Below, one piece after another: positions 49,999 through 59,430 of a stretch of 64,000 bases of DNA. Numbering within the stretch: the stretch's first letter is position 1; each line of letters opens with the position of its first letter. This DNA comes from Patescibacteria group bacterium (lineage in GTDB: Bacteria; Patescibacteriota; Microgenomatia; UBA8517). The translations under genes and the position numbers were made by a program. The notes beneath the pieces were generated by a model. It did not search any database. It was not told the DNA's origin and saw only the letters and a program-made list of their open reading frames with translations. The DNA is taken from positions 232,964-296,963 of the forward strand of contig JBGSJG010000008.1 in assembly GCA_041742135.1 (NCBI GenBank), written 5' to 3'.

Positions 49999-50916
49999 AT
50001 GAAATATAAAATTCTTGTAACAGGCGGGGCTGGATTTATTGGATCACACATTGTTGATGCTTATATTGAAGCTGGACATCATGTAGCAGTAGTCGATGAT
50101 TTTTCAACAGGGTTTCATAGAAACTTAAATCCTCAGGCCACTATTTTTGAAGGTAATATCCAAGACAAATGGTTTATTAGAGAAGTTTTTAACCACTTTG
50201 TTCCAAACATTGTAAATCACCATGCCGCACAAATTTCTGTTGAAAAGTCTGTAGAAAATCCTTTATTAGATAATAAAATTAATGTTGAGGGTACTCTAAA
50301 TCTTTTAGAGGCAAGTAAACAAAAAATTCAAAAGTTCATCTTTGCCTCATCTGGTGGGGCTGTATATGGGAATCAATCTGGTGCATCTGATGAAGAAACT
50401 TGCCCCAATCCAATTTCTCCATATGGAATTTCTAAGCTAGCTTGTGAACAATATCTTAATTTCTATTCCGAGCAGTATTCACTAAAAATTCAAATCCTAA
50501 GATATTCTAATGTGTATGGTGACAGGCAAAATGCGCTTGGTGAGGCAGGGGTAATTACTAAGTTTTTTCATCAGTTTCAAAATGGCGTTCAACCGATCAT
50601 ATATGGAGATGGCAACAATACAAGAGACTTTGTTTTTGTTAGAGATGTTGCAAGTGCAAATTTGTTAGCTTTGCACAATGACAAAGAAGGCGTCTGGAAT
50701 ATTAGTTCAAATACTGAAACGAGTGTTAATGATTTATATGACCAAATATCAATCTTAGTAAACACTAGATTGCCAAAGACTCATGGACCTGCTCGAAGCA
50801 GCGAAGTAAAAAGTAGCAAACTTGATAATACTAAAGCAATTAATGAACTGGGCTGGACTCCAAAATTTAACCTTCATTCAGGACTAAAAACATTACTAGA
50901 TTCAGAAAACATTTAA
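49999..50916 (+). CDS. NAD-dependent sugar epimerase/dehydratase (SDR)
   Basis: VTGGAGFIGSH Rossmann motif; the YxxxK region is present. Confidence 0.85.
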   Translation: MKYKILVTGGAGFIGSHIVDAYIEAGHHVAVVDDFSTGFHRNLNPQATIFEGNIQDKWFIREVFNHFVPNIVNHHAAQISVEKSVENPLLDNKINVEGTLNLLEASKQKIQKFIFASSGGAVYGNQSGASDEETCPNPISPYGISKLACEQYLNFYSEQYSLKIQILRYSNVYGDRQNALGEAGVITKFFHQFQNGVQPIIYGDGNNTRDFVFVRDVASANLLALHNDKEGVWNISSNTETSVNDLYDQISILVNTRLPKTHGPARSSEVKSSKLDNTKAINELGWTPKFNLHSGLKTLLDSENI

Positions 50917-50929
50917 ACCAAGTTAATAA

Positions 50930-52837
50930 CTAACTAGTGAGCATCTTTCCCAAACCCGGGATTTTCCCCACTAGCTCCCGAATTTTGTTTTTACTCGCTA
51001 GAGGTGGCTCATTGGCCGTATTTGCAGACAAAGTGCCATTAGGAGGCGACACAGGGGCGACCACTGCCTCTTTTGGAGGCACTTCTTCAGCTTCTTCCTG
51101 CTTTTCCGGTATTTCTGGACCAAGCAGGATGTTAACGTATTGATCTAAGTCTAGTTCTTCCAGAACCATTTTCTGCAGAGCTCGCTTTCGGATAAGCCAT
51201 CGTTTTACATCTGCTGGGCTGTTTGGGTCTGGTTTATCCTGTGCGATAAACTTGTCATATAAAAGTAAGATCTGATTTAGTCGTGCTTGTTTGTCAGGCG
51301 GAATCACTGGTTCGACTTCAACAATTGCATCTACGTGGACTTTTTTATCCTCTGATTTGAATTCCTTGAAGTTCACACTGTTACCTACGATACGGTACAG
51401 TTTGTCCTCACTTAAGAACTCACGATTCAGTTGAATAAGGATATTGGCTACTGTAGTCAAGGCATTGGAAATGTTCTGAGCGTTTATGCTTAATCGCAAA
51501 TTACTTTGACCCAACAGCATTGCTACTTTGCCAAGTGGCTCGCTCGATGACCTTGGGAGACCCTGCAGATACTCGCCTAACGCTAAAGTTCTGGAGATCT
51601 CGTCCCTGAGGAGTTTGTCTTCATTAAGTCCCATTAAGCTGATTTCTGGCGGCCGTTCGATCACCACATCATCCATTTTCCTGAGTTCCCACACGGCACC
51701 TGGCGAGAAGATGATGTCATTTTTAGTTATTCCAGTGTCTTTACGAATTTTGACCACTGGATCAAGCATCAATATCACATCATCCATTCGTTGGTTGCGA
51801 AGATCAGCAATCTCCATAATTGTGCTTTCAACTGGCTCAACATGACCTGTTGCCCAGAACTCCCACAGCAGTGACATATCGGGGAGGTCTACATAAATAT
51901 GCCCATTGTTAATATCCAGGTAAGGATTTTCGTCATCTCTGATTACTACTTCACCGTTGGCTATCACTACCAATTCGTCTTCTTCGTAGTCCCAGCACTC
52001 CCACAACTCCAATTGCTTTTCCTGATCGTTTTTAACAGGTAGGACTTTTTGTTCTCCCGTATCAGCTTTTTTTAGATCACCGTCAATCTGAGACATTTTC
52101 TTTGTATTGATCTCATAGCGCTCTTTTTTCCAATCTTCCACATTCTTAGGTTCACAATATTCAATATTTTTATAAATGTTGTTTTCACCTCGGTTTTCTT
52201 CCTCCTTGGTGATTTTTTCTTTTGTCTTAACTATCCTATGTATCAGCCAAGGGCAACCTTCCTGAAGGTCTTCTGTTTCCGGAGCTGGTAGAAAATCCCA
52301 CAAGTCACAGAGAATCATTGTTGGATCGTCGTACAACGTTTTGAACGTGCCGTCTGACTTTTTCCTGCTTTTAACTTTCCATGCTAACTTAACTATTCCA
52401 TTTCCATACAACACAGAAGATTCGATCCAATTGGGGAGTTTCTTGGCTAACTCAATAATATCGAAGTCGTAATTCACCAGGTCATCCCAGGAGGATAAGG
52501 ATTTGGACTCTACATCACGTTTGTCTCTTGGGATCACTCGGGTTTTGCGCTTAGCTGTTGCTAGACGTGAGACAACCGTTTTGACGATCTCAAAAGCAAT
52601 CGGCGGCATTAGCCGAGTGTTGTAGGCGTAATTTTGTTTATGTTGATAGGCCCGATATAGTCTGTACATTCTGAGCCACTTGGCTTGGTACGGCTCGCGA
52701 AACTCTTTTGCACGCTTAAATCTGGCCTTCCATTTTTTGAGAAGTTCTTCGTCACGTTCAGAAGGTGTGTATCTTTTCTGAGGTGTGATCTTTGTTTCTT
52801 TAACTTTAGGCTTTGACATAGTGGTGTTGACCAACAA
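50930..52837 (-). CDS. phage portal (head-tail connector) protein, T7 gp8-like; TTG start, or ATG at 52819
   Basis: The segment RPPEISLMGLNEDKL parallels T7 gp8 RPEDISFLQLEKQ; the N-terminal basic/aromatic region and size (635 aa) fit a portal. Confidence 0.55.
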   Translation of the reverse strand: MLVNTTMSKPKVKETKITPQKRYTPSERDEELLKKWKARFKRAKEFREPYQAKWLRMYRLYRAYQHKQNYAYNTRLMPPIAFEIVKTVVSRLATAKRKTRVIPRDKRDVESKSLSSWDDLVNYDFDIIELAKKLPNWIESSVLYGNGIVKLAWKVKSRKKSDGTFKTLYDDPTMILCDLWDFLPAPETEDLQEGCPWLIHRIVKTKEKITKEEENRGENNIYKNIEYCEPKNVEDWKKERYEINTKKMSQIDGDLKKADTGEQKVLPVKNDQEKQLELWECWDYEEDELVVIANGEVVIRDDENPYLDINNGHIYVDLPDMSLLWEFWATGHVEPVESTIMEIADLRNQRMDDVILMLDPVVKIRKDTGITKNDIIFSPGAVWELRKMDDVVIERPPEISLMGLNEDKLLRDEISRTLALGEYLQGLPRSSSEPLGKVAMLLGQSNLRLSINAQNISNALTTVANILIQLNREFLSEDKLYRIVGNSVNFKEFKSEDKKVHVDAIVEVEPVIPPDKQARLNQILLLYDKFIAQDKPDPNSPADVKRWLIRKRALQKMVLEELDLDQYVNILLGPEIPEKQEEAEEVPPKEAVVAPVSPPNGTLSANTANEPPLASKNKIRELVGKIPGLGKMLTS

Positions 52838-52876
52838 AAATGGGGCTTAGGTTCGTCTACTTATGGAAAATAGAGA

Positions 52877-52900
52877 AACCCAAGCCCCGATAGATTCGTT
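52877..52900 (-). promoter_or_regulatory. second copy of the conserved motif (minus sense GCCTAACGAAtCtATCGGGGCTTGGG), ~40 nt upstream of the portal start
   Basis: Matches the 38713-38742 site. Confidence 0.4.
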
Positions 52901-52989
52901 AGGCGGATTTATTTATGCTTTAAGGCTATAAAATAGTAGGGGGAAACGCTAGTTTATTGCTGTCAGAAGCTGTAACTTTGAGGGATTTA

Positions 52990-55401
52990 TCAAAACATTC
53001 GTCTGGTTTTTGTTTCGATCTTCACTTTCCAAACTTCCATAATAAATTTATTTACGTCTTCTTCTGTGATCAGAGGTAACAAATCATCATCTGCACGATC
53101 CATAATCGGTATGTGTCCGTAACGACTTCTTTTCTTTTCTACAAGTCCATGCACTTCCATCATTAGTTGATCATAACTTGGCGAAATTAATTTCCCTTTT
53201 TCTGGCGGACCTTCTGGGTACCATTTTTTTCGATACGCATCTTCAAAAGTTTTTATATAAATTTTCAATTCGTCTACAATCTCTTTCTTACCTAATTTCA
53301 GCGCCAGCACTCCAATGTAGCAAGCTCTTTCCATTATTCTTGGTTCTGTAAAGCCATAACTATCACCTTCGCCTAAAGTCAACATTTTAATAGCAAAGTT
53401 GTAGAGAATTTTTATTGCATCTTTGGCAGTTTGATCTAAATCTTGCTGAATGGCTTTTATACCTATTTTTGATACCGCCTCGATTAAAGAGTCAAACGAA
53501 TTGTTATCTTTGATCTTTTTAAGGTCGTGAGTAAACCACTCTGTTTGGAAGATATACCAACCAATTTGTTTTGTTAATTCCTCTTTGTCACCTGCCCATT
53601 TTTCGTTTTTGGTTAAGTCGACCAATAAACAACCCACATCGGAAATAATCTCACCAAAGGTACTGACTAAAATGTGATTAGCTGTTTTCATTTTTTCTGA
53701 AAGGTACCGTAGAGTTGATCTTAACTCTTCTGTAGTAGTAAAGAATGCTTCCTTCCAGTCCTTGATTTCTTCTTCAGTTTTTGCATTCGTGGCTGCTCTA
53801 GCTGTTTGGAAAATCATCGAGGACATTGCTGTGAATGGGTTAGCTAAGTTTGTTTGAATTGAGAAGCTGTTATCAAGGGAACCTGTCACCATAGAAACAT
53901 ATGCATAAAAAATAATATTCCTCAGATGCTCCCATAAAGACCTTAGTTCCATCTCCAAGTTAAAGTATTTTGTCGCTATCAGTTGAGAGAGAATTGAGGT
54001 GTAAGTATTGATTACCTGTCCCAAAACTACGTTATATTTATTTGTTAGGGCACTCATGGCAATTTTGTCGAGCATGTCATAAATTGATATGAACTCGTGG
54101 TGGAGATTCTGTTTTATTACGATTGGGATTATTTCTTCATATGCTAATATTCCTTGGAACAAAGCCTCCTGATGGTTAAATTTAATAGCGCTCTCAAGCA
54201 GTTGGTTTAAGTAGCCTCTACATTGCTCCATTATTGGGCTTTCTACTTTGCGTTTGGTCAGGTAGTTGATCTCGCTGGCTGACTTACATAACTGCACAAA
54301 AATAGAAATTACTCGAGTAACCCCTTCATTGTCATTTTCTCTCATGTAATTCTCACCGACGGCCACCAATCTTTCGAGTGGAGGAGTTAAGAAAGCACGA
54401 GAGTCACTCGTGGTTGCTAAGATGAATCCGGCAGGCAATACAAACGAGGAATCTTTTCTAGTCTGAAAATACTTTTGAAGGATATTGGTTATTACCTGCA
54501 GAACACCCAGAGCCGAGCTTCGTTCATTGGAGGCCACCAACTTTCCATGGTAATCAAAAAGATAGTTGAGTCTACTGTTGATGTACGCAAACTCTGGTTT
54601 TAAGTATTGGAACGAGGTTGCCAAGGCTTCCTCTTTGGTAACCTTTTTATCAAGCTTTGGCTGTCTAATCAGAACGTCAGCAATTTCCTGAGCTCGTTTG
54701 TGAGTGAAATCTAACTTGGCGAAGGCTTGCTTAGAGGCAATTTTTAATACATTGTTTGGGTCAAGCCGGTCCCTGACCCTTTGATAGAAGACAAATGTTA
54801 GGTAAAAAACAAAGCCAATTAAGAATAACGCCAATTGGAAAGAGAACACTGTAAGTCCCAGATTGAGTTTGCCAAACAGTAGTGCAAAAGAGAAGACCGC
54901 TAAGGAACAACTGCTAATGAGAAAAAATATCACATCGTGCAACCAATCTCTTGCAGCAGTCTCATAAAAGCCCACCGGAATACGCTCTGCGGCATTGCCC
55001 ATTAGAAGGATACTAAGCGAAAAGATAATCGCCAAGATTCCACCGATCATGGCCGCTACTGCTGTGAAGAAGGTGATGGCATCACTCCTAGCAAATGCCG
55101 GATCAATAAACTGCCCGAGTAAAAAAATAGAGCCGATCAGAAGTAAGAAATAAATCAGAGAACCAATAAGCATTTTCTTGGCATTAAGAAAATGGAAGAC
55201 TCGAAATCTGAAGTACGTTTTTACCGTTAATCTGCCTAGGTAAAAATAAAAGATAGCAGTTTTTTTAAGTAAGGAAACCTTTTTAATTACCTTTCTACGC
55301 CAAGAGAGAAGGATTTTCTTTGCAGTTTGAAGAGTTTCCGGGCTGAAGTATTCTTTCAACCCCTTTTTTCGTTTTTTAGTCTTTTTATTATTTGCACCCA
55401 T
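52990..55401 (-). CDS. 803-aa protein: N-terminal 4-5 TM segment plus large alpha-helical cytoplasmic domain. It starts 21 nt after res and may be co-operonic with the Type III R-M.
   Basis: Hydropathy; no catalytic motif recognised. Confidence 0.4.
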   Translation of the reverse strand: MGANNKKTKKRKKGLKEYFSPETLQTAKKILLSWRRKVIKKVSLLKKTAIFYFYLGRLTVKTYFRFRVFHFLNAKKMLIGSLIYFLLLIGSIFLLGQFIDPAFARSDAITFFTAVAAMIGGILAIIFSLSILLMGNAAERIPVGFYETAARDWLHDVIFFLISSCSLAVFSFALLFGKLNLGLTVFSFQLALFLIGFVFYLTFVFYQRVRDRLDPNNVLKIASKQAFAKLDFTHKRAQEIADVLIRQPKLDKKVTKEEALATSFQYLKPEFAYINSRLNYLFDYHGKLVASNERSSALGVLQVITNILQKYFQTRKDSSFVLPAGFILATTSDSRAFLTPPLERLVAVGENYMRENDNEGVTRVISIFVQLCKSASEINYLTKRKVESPIMEQCRGYLNQLLESAIKFNHQEALFQGILAYEEIIPIVIKQNLHHEFISIYDMLDKIAMSALTNKYNVVLGQVINTYTSILSQLIATKYFNLEMELRSLWEHLRNIIFYAYVSMVTGSLDNSFSIQTNLANPFTAMSSMIFQTARAATNAKTEEEIKDWKEAFFTTTEELRSTLRYLSEKMKTANHILVSTFGEIISDVGCLLVDLTKNEKWAGDKEELTKQIGWYIFQTEWFTHDLKKIKDNNSFDSLIEAVSKIGIKAIQQDLDQTAKDAIKILYNFAIKMLTLGEGDSYGFTEPRIMERACYIGVLALKLGKKEIVDELKIYIKTFEDAYRKKWYPEGPPEKGKLISPSYDQLMMEVHGLVEKKRSRYGHIPIMDRADDDLLPLITEEDVNKFIMEVWKVKIETKTRRMF

Positions 55402-55422
55402 ATCTGCCTATTTAACAGCCGC

Positions 55423-57729
55423 TCAAAATTTGAATGCGCTGCTCAAAATTGCATTAAAGCTGTTCTCGCTGTTAACAGCTGTGTGGGGCAGAAGTTTGTA
55501 TATCCATTTTTTCTTCGTAGCGTTTGTAGCGATTTTGCACCATTCTTCTGCCTGCTTTGCTTTTTCCAATACCTCTGGATCTCTTTTGTCGAGCTTACTT
55601 TTATCTTTAACCTCAACTAAATAATAAGCGTCTTTATGTTCAACAATAAAATCTGGATTGTAGTTACCATAAATGTATCTGATCGGCAGTTGTCCATTTC
55701 TTAGTCTCAACCAGCTCACTACCGATTTATCTCTATCGAGTGAGTCTGCCAATAATTTCTCTTGAGCAGAATCAAAGTCATAGGCAGGATATACGCTTTT
55801 CTTATACCCCTCAATAATATTCCCTCTGGATTCAGACTCATTGACCTCATCTTTATTCAAAGGCACAGCAGATTTTTTAACCGTTTTGAAATATGGCTCA
55901 AACTCTAATTCCTCGTCGAGAACTCTATATTCAATTTTAGTCTGCTCTTGAATTTTTTCTCTTAGTTGAGGCAACACATCGTTTAAAATGGTTTGTTCGT
56001 GAAGTTTGACCAATTTTGACAATTCCTTACCTTTTGCTGGCAGTTGATCAAGATAATGTTTAATTATTTTTTGCAGTGTAGCTTTAAAAGAGACATCAAA
56101 TTCGCTCATCTCCAGAATTATTAATCTGACCATTCTGTTAATTGGATCAATTCCTTCTTTAATTTCAATATCGCCAGCTTCTTCTGTTTCCTGAGAGACA
56201 ATATCGGCTTTAACAAGTTTGGGGGTAATCTTCTTAAGTTCTTCTAGTCGCAGTTCTATAGGAAAGAACTCCAGTTTATTACTAGATTTTACCTTTGCCT
56301 CCACCACGGGGATACTAATCAAAAGTTTTTTGTCTTCAACAGGCTTAATTTCAACAGTTTTAAGCCCCTCTTTCTTTTCAGCTTTCTTAACTCCTAATCC
56401 TTCAGCGACTTCATGAGCGACCGAAACTACTCTAGAAAAGTTGTCATGCGAAATAATGTCCAAAGAGTCTAACTCCTCAACGCCTGTAAGCTCACCAAAA
56501 GGTAATCTCAAACCCCTACCAATTGTCTGTTCAATTAAAGTCTTGCTTATTGATGCTCTAAAGGGAATTATCGTATAAACGTTTTTAACATCCCAGCCTT
56601 CTTTGAGTTTGTCTACATGAATAACAATTTCATTTTTATTGACAGGGTAGGGTTCTTCCAAACGAAGAAGTTGGTTAATGGAATCAACCTCACTTTCGCT
56701 TGTCACAAGCAAGGTTTTGTTTTTATAATAACCTTCAAAAAAATCATCACTCTCAATCAAACTTTTTACATCTTTTGCATGCTGAATACTTTTTGTTGTA
56801 AGCAGGGTAATTGGGAGAACAAATGGTAGCTTGTTATTTTTACAATACTCCTCAATCAAGGCCTTCTTTTCTTGATGTCTTCTAATACCATCCTCAAGTT
56901 TGACCATCTCAAGATCGCCTTTGTAGGTATAATCATCGCTTCTGGCAATAACATAGGGCACCTTGATATACCCTCCTTTTGCGCCATTACCATTGCCTAG
57001 GCTCTCCAAAGCCTTCTTAGAGTCGTTTATGGCGTCTCCAAGCGTGTATGAGTAGACAATATTCTCACTGATTGGGGTAGCAGTAAATTCTAATCCGAGT
57101 TCTGGTTTTAGGTGGTTGATTGCTTTTATAGACTTGAGGCCACGATACCGATGACTCTCGTCCATCATTATCACAAGATCTTTTTGCTGGAGAAGTTCAG
57201 CAAAGCTGGATCCCAATGTCTCTTGAAACTTGTGAAATTTAAACTCAACGTCAGTTCGCTCGTTGAATATTTTTTGAATGTTAAACACATATATATTTAG
57301 CGATTCAAAAAGTTGATTGGCAAAATTAGAATACTCATAGTTTTCGCCGGTTATTAGATTGAACAATGGAAAATCGGTTAAACCTTCGAAAACATATTTT
57401 TTGCTTCCCGGGGTAAAGTTTTCAATCGTTTTTGTGTAGATTGTTTCACCCGGGGTAAGTATAAAAAAGTCCTTCAGACCTTTCGTTTCATATAGGTAAG
57501 CAATCATTGCTGCCATGAGCCTGGTTTTACCCACACCTGTAGCCAGAGCGAAGGTAAAGGAAGGAAACTCAGTATCAAACTTAATGTTTCCCACCAATTT
57601 GACTTCAATATCTTCTATGCTTTCCTTACCCAATTTAACATTCGAAAGTAATGTGTCTAGCTTTATCAGTGAAAGCTCTTGTGGTTTTCTTAAACTTAAT
57701 TCTTTAGTGGTTTTATCGATTATCTTCAT
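55423..57729 (-). CDS. res: Type III restriction enzyme Res subunit (SF2 helicase plus C-terminal PD-(D/E)xK)
   Basis: ATGVGKTRL (motif I), IMMDESHRY (DExH), C-terminal NPDFIVEH...LVEVKDK. Overlaps mod by 4 nt. Confidence 0.75.
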   Translation of the reverse strand: MKIIDKTTKELSLRKPQELSLIKLDTLLSNVKLGKESIEDIEVKLVGNIKFDTEFPSFTFALATGVGKTRLMAAMIAYLYETKGLKDFFILTPGETIYTKTIENFTPGSKKYVFEGLTDFPLFNLITGENYEYSNFANQLFESLNIYVFNIQKIFNERTDVEFKFHKFQETLGSSFAELLQQKDLVIMMDESHRYRGLKSIKAINHLKPELGLEFTATPISENIVYSYTLGDAINDSKKALESLGNGNGAKGGYIKVPYVIARSDDYTYKGDLEMVKLEDGIRRHQEKKALIEEYCKNNKLPFVLPITLLTTKSIQHAKDVKSLIESDDFFEGYYKNKTLLVTSESEVDSINQLLRLEEPYPVNKNEIVIHVDKLKEGWDVKNVYTIIPFRASISKTLIEQTIGRGLRLPFGELTGVEELDSLDIISHDNFSRVVSVAHEVAEGLGVKKAEKKEGLKTVEIKPVEDKKLLISIPVVEAKVKSSNKLEFFPIELRLEELKKITPKLVKADIVSQETEEAGDIEIKEGIDPINRMVRLIILEMSEFDVSFKATLQKIIKHYLDQLPAKGKELSKLVKLHEQTILNDVLPQLREKIQEQTKIEYRVLDEELEFEPYFKTVKKSAVPLNKDEVNESESRGNIIEGYKKSVYPAYDFDSAQEKLLADSLDRDKSVVSWLRLRNGQLPIRYIYGNYNPDFIVEHKDAYYLVEVKDKSKLDKRDPEVLEKAKQAEEWCKIATNATKKKWIYKLLPHTAVNSENSFNAILSSAFKF

Positions 57730-59423
57730 ACTTTAAATTTCCTTAATAATACATCTGGAACTCTTTTAACTTCTATATTATCTGGTAATTTTAAATTTTT
57801 GGAAATAGTTTTTGCATAGATGACAATATAGTCAGCCTCGACGCCCACTTCATTTTCTAGAACTCTCACATAGTCCTGAGTAACGTATTGCTCAGTAACA
57901 TGAGCTATAGTTCTCCCAGCAATTCCGTGTAGCCCATTGTCAGGGTGTAACAATTTAAATCCTTCAACTTTTAGTACTGCTCTAATCAAAGGACCATTGA
58001 ACATCTTGGGGTTGAGAACTGTTAGTTTAAGGTCATTATCTTGAACGAATAAGCTCTCGCCAAGTTCAAAATACTTGAACCCACTGCCACCGTTCCAACG
58101 TGCTGTTTTAGTGATTCCGCTTTTATCTTTACCAAGGACAATTTTTTCTAATCGAGGAGTAATATGTGTCTCTGCGTGTCCACCTATTTCTACCATGACC
58201 CATTTTCTGCCCATTTTATGTGCGACTGCACCAGTTGTTCCAGATCCCGCAAAGCTATCCAATACCCAATCACCCTTTTCTGTCGCTAGGTCAATGATGC
58301 GTCTTAGGAGGGTTTCTGGTTTTTTACCTCTCCTGAAGTCTACCGATCCTTCGTTGGCCAAATCAGCTTTGGGAATCTCAGCATGACCCCAGAAATCAGT
58401 CATTTTGTTTTCTTTGACAATACCTTCTTCAGTTTTAGAAGCAGAATCTTTTAACCAAGCAAATAGCTCTTTATTTAAGTAGTAATTTGTAACTTCTTGA
58501 CCCTTATATCTGCCTCTACTCGGGATATAATCTACCGAATACAAATTTTTATCCATTCTCGAAATTAATTCGTGTTGAAATGAATTTTCTTTTTGAGGGT
58601 TGGTTGTTCTGAAGATGTTCTCGAAATTATTCTTATACTGTTCTCTAATTTCTTCTTCTCTGTCAGCAAAACTCCTTAGAGAAATGGATTCAATATCATA
58701 ATCTGAGTGTTTATAAATTTTCACCATTTCGCCGTTGGATTTCGAAGCAAACTCTCCAATTAGTTTTTTAGAACCCTTATTCTTGAGGATATATCGATAT
58801 CGTTGCATCACCTTTTTTTCCAATGGATATCTGCTAAGAGCTTGTGCTAAGTCAATTGAAGCTATATCTTTTGCAAATACCAAAACATACTCATGAGTGT
58901 TTACAAGAAACTTTCCACCCTGACCAATACCAGCACTACCTGATCTTTCATATGCTATCTGTGCCAAGAAGTTTTTTCTACCAAAAACTTCATCTAAAAT
59001 CATTCTGCAGTAATGTACTTCTGTATCGTCTAAGTGAATCCAGATAGTCCCATCTTTTTTAAGTAGTTTATGCAAGAGCGTAAGTCTATCTCGCATCATT
59101 GTCAGCCAGATTGAGTGCTCTAATCCATCATCGTAATGATCGAAGGCTTGTCCTGTGTTAAATGGAGGATCTATATAAACTAGCTTTATCTTGTTTCTAA
59201 AATCTTGAAGTAGTGCTTTGAGAGCAAGCAGGTTATCTCCCTTAACTAACATATTTTCAGAGTTTTTTTCACCAAATGATGATTTTTCAAGGAAAATACG
59301 AGGCTCTGATACTCTCGGATCTTTTTTGTCTACCCAAACGTATGTCTTTTCATTCAAGTCATAAAAGAGACTCTTGTCTTTGTTAAACCAGGTTAGTTCT
59401 AATTTTGTATCGTTTTTAGCCAT
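57726..59423 (-). CDS. mod: Type III R-M Mod subunit (beta-class N6-adenine/N4-cytosine DNA methyltransferase); the ORF is open to 59486 but the internal Met (MAKNDTKLELTWFNKDK) is the likely start
   Basis: VYIDPPFNTG (motif IV) precedes DSFAGSGTTG (motif I). Confidence 0.8.
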   Translation of the reverse strand: MAKNDTKLELTWFNKDKSLFYDLNEKTYVWVDKKDPRVSEPRIFLEKSSFGEKNSENMLVKGDNLLALKALLQDFRNKIKLVYIDPPFNTGQAFDHYDDGLEHSIWLTMMRDRLTLLHKLLKKDGTIWIHLDDTEVHYCRMILDEVFGRKNFLAQIAYERSGSAGIGQGGKFLVNTHEYVLVFAKDIASIDLAQALSRYPLEKKVMQRYRYILKNKGSKKLIGEFASKSNGEMVKIYKHSDYDIESISLRSFADREEEIREQYKNNFENIFRTTNPQKENSFQHELISRMDKNLYSVDYIPSRGRYKGQEVTNYYLNKELFAWLKDSASKTEEGIVKENKMTDFWGHAEIPKADLANEGSVDFRRGKKPETLLRRIIDLATEKGDWVLDSFAGSGTTGAVAHKMGRKWVMVEIGGHAETHITPRLEKIVLGKDKSGITKTARWNGGSGFKYFELGESLFVQDNDLKLTVLNPKMFNGPLIRAVLKVEGFKLLHPDNGLHGIAGRTIAHVTEQYVTQDYVRVLENEVGVEADYIVIYAKTISKNLKLPDNIEVKRVPDVLLRKFKV

Positions 59424-59430
59424 AATTCTT

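Noticed and set aside
50930-52837. Large terminase subunit instead of portal
   Set aside because: There is no Walker A/B ATPase motif. The segment similarity to T7 gp8 supports a portal instead.
55423-57729. Could the SF2-helicase protein be a phage terminase or replicative helicase?
   Set aside because: The DExH box plus C-terminal PD-(D/E)xK, the 4-nt overlap with a DPPF/FxGxG methyltransferase, and the gene order together fit a Type III Res subunit far better.
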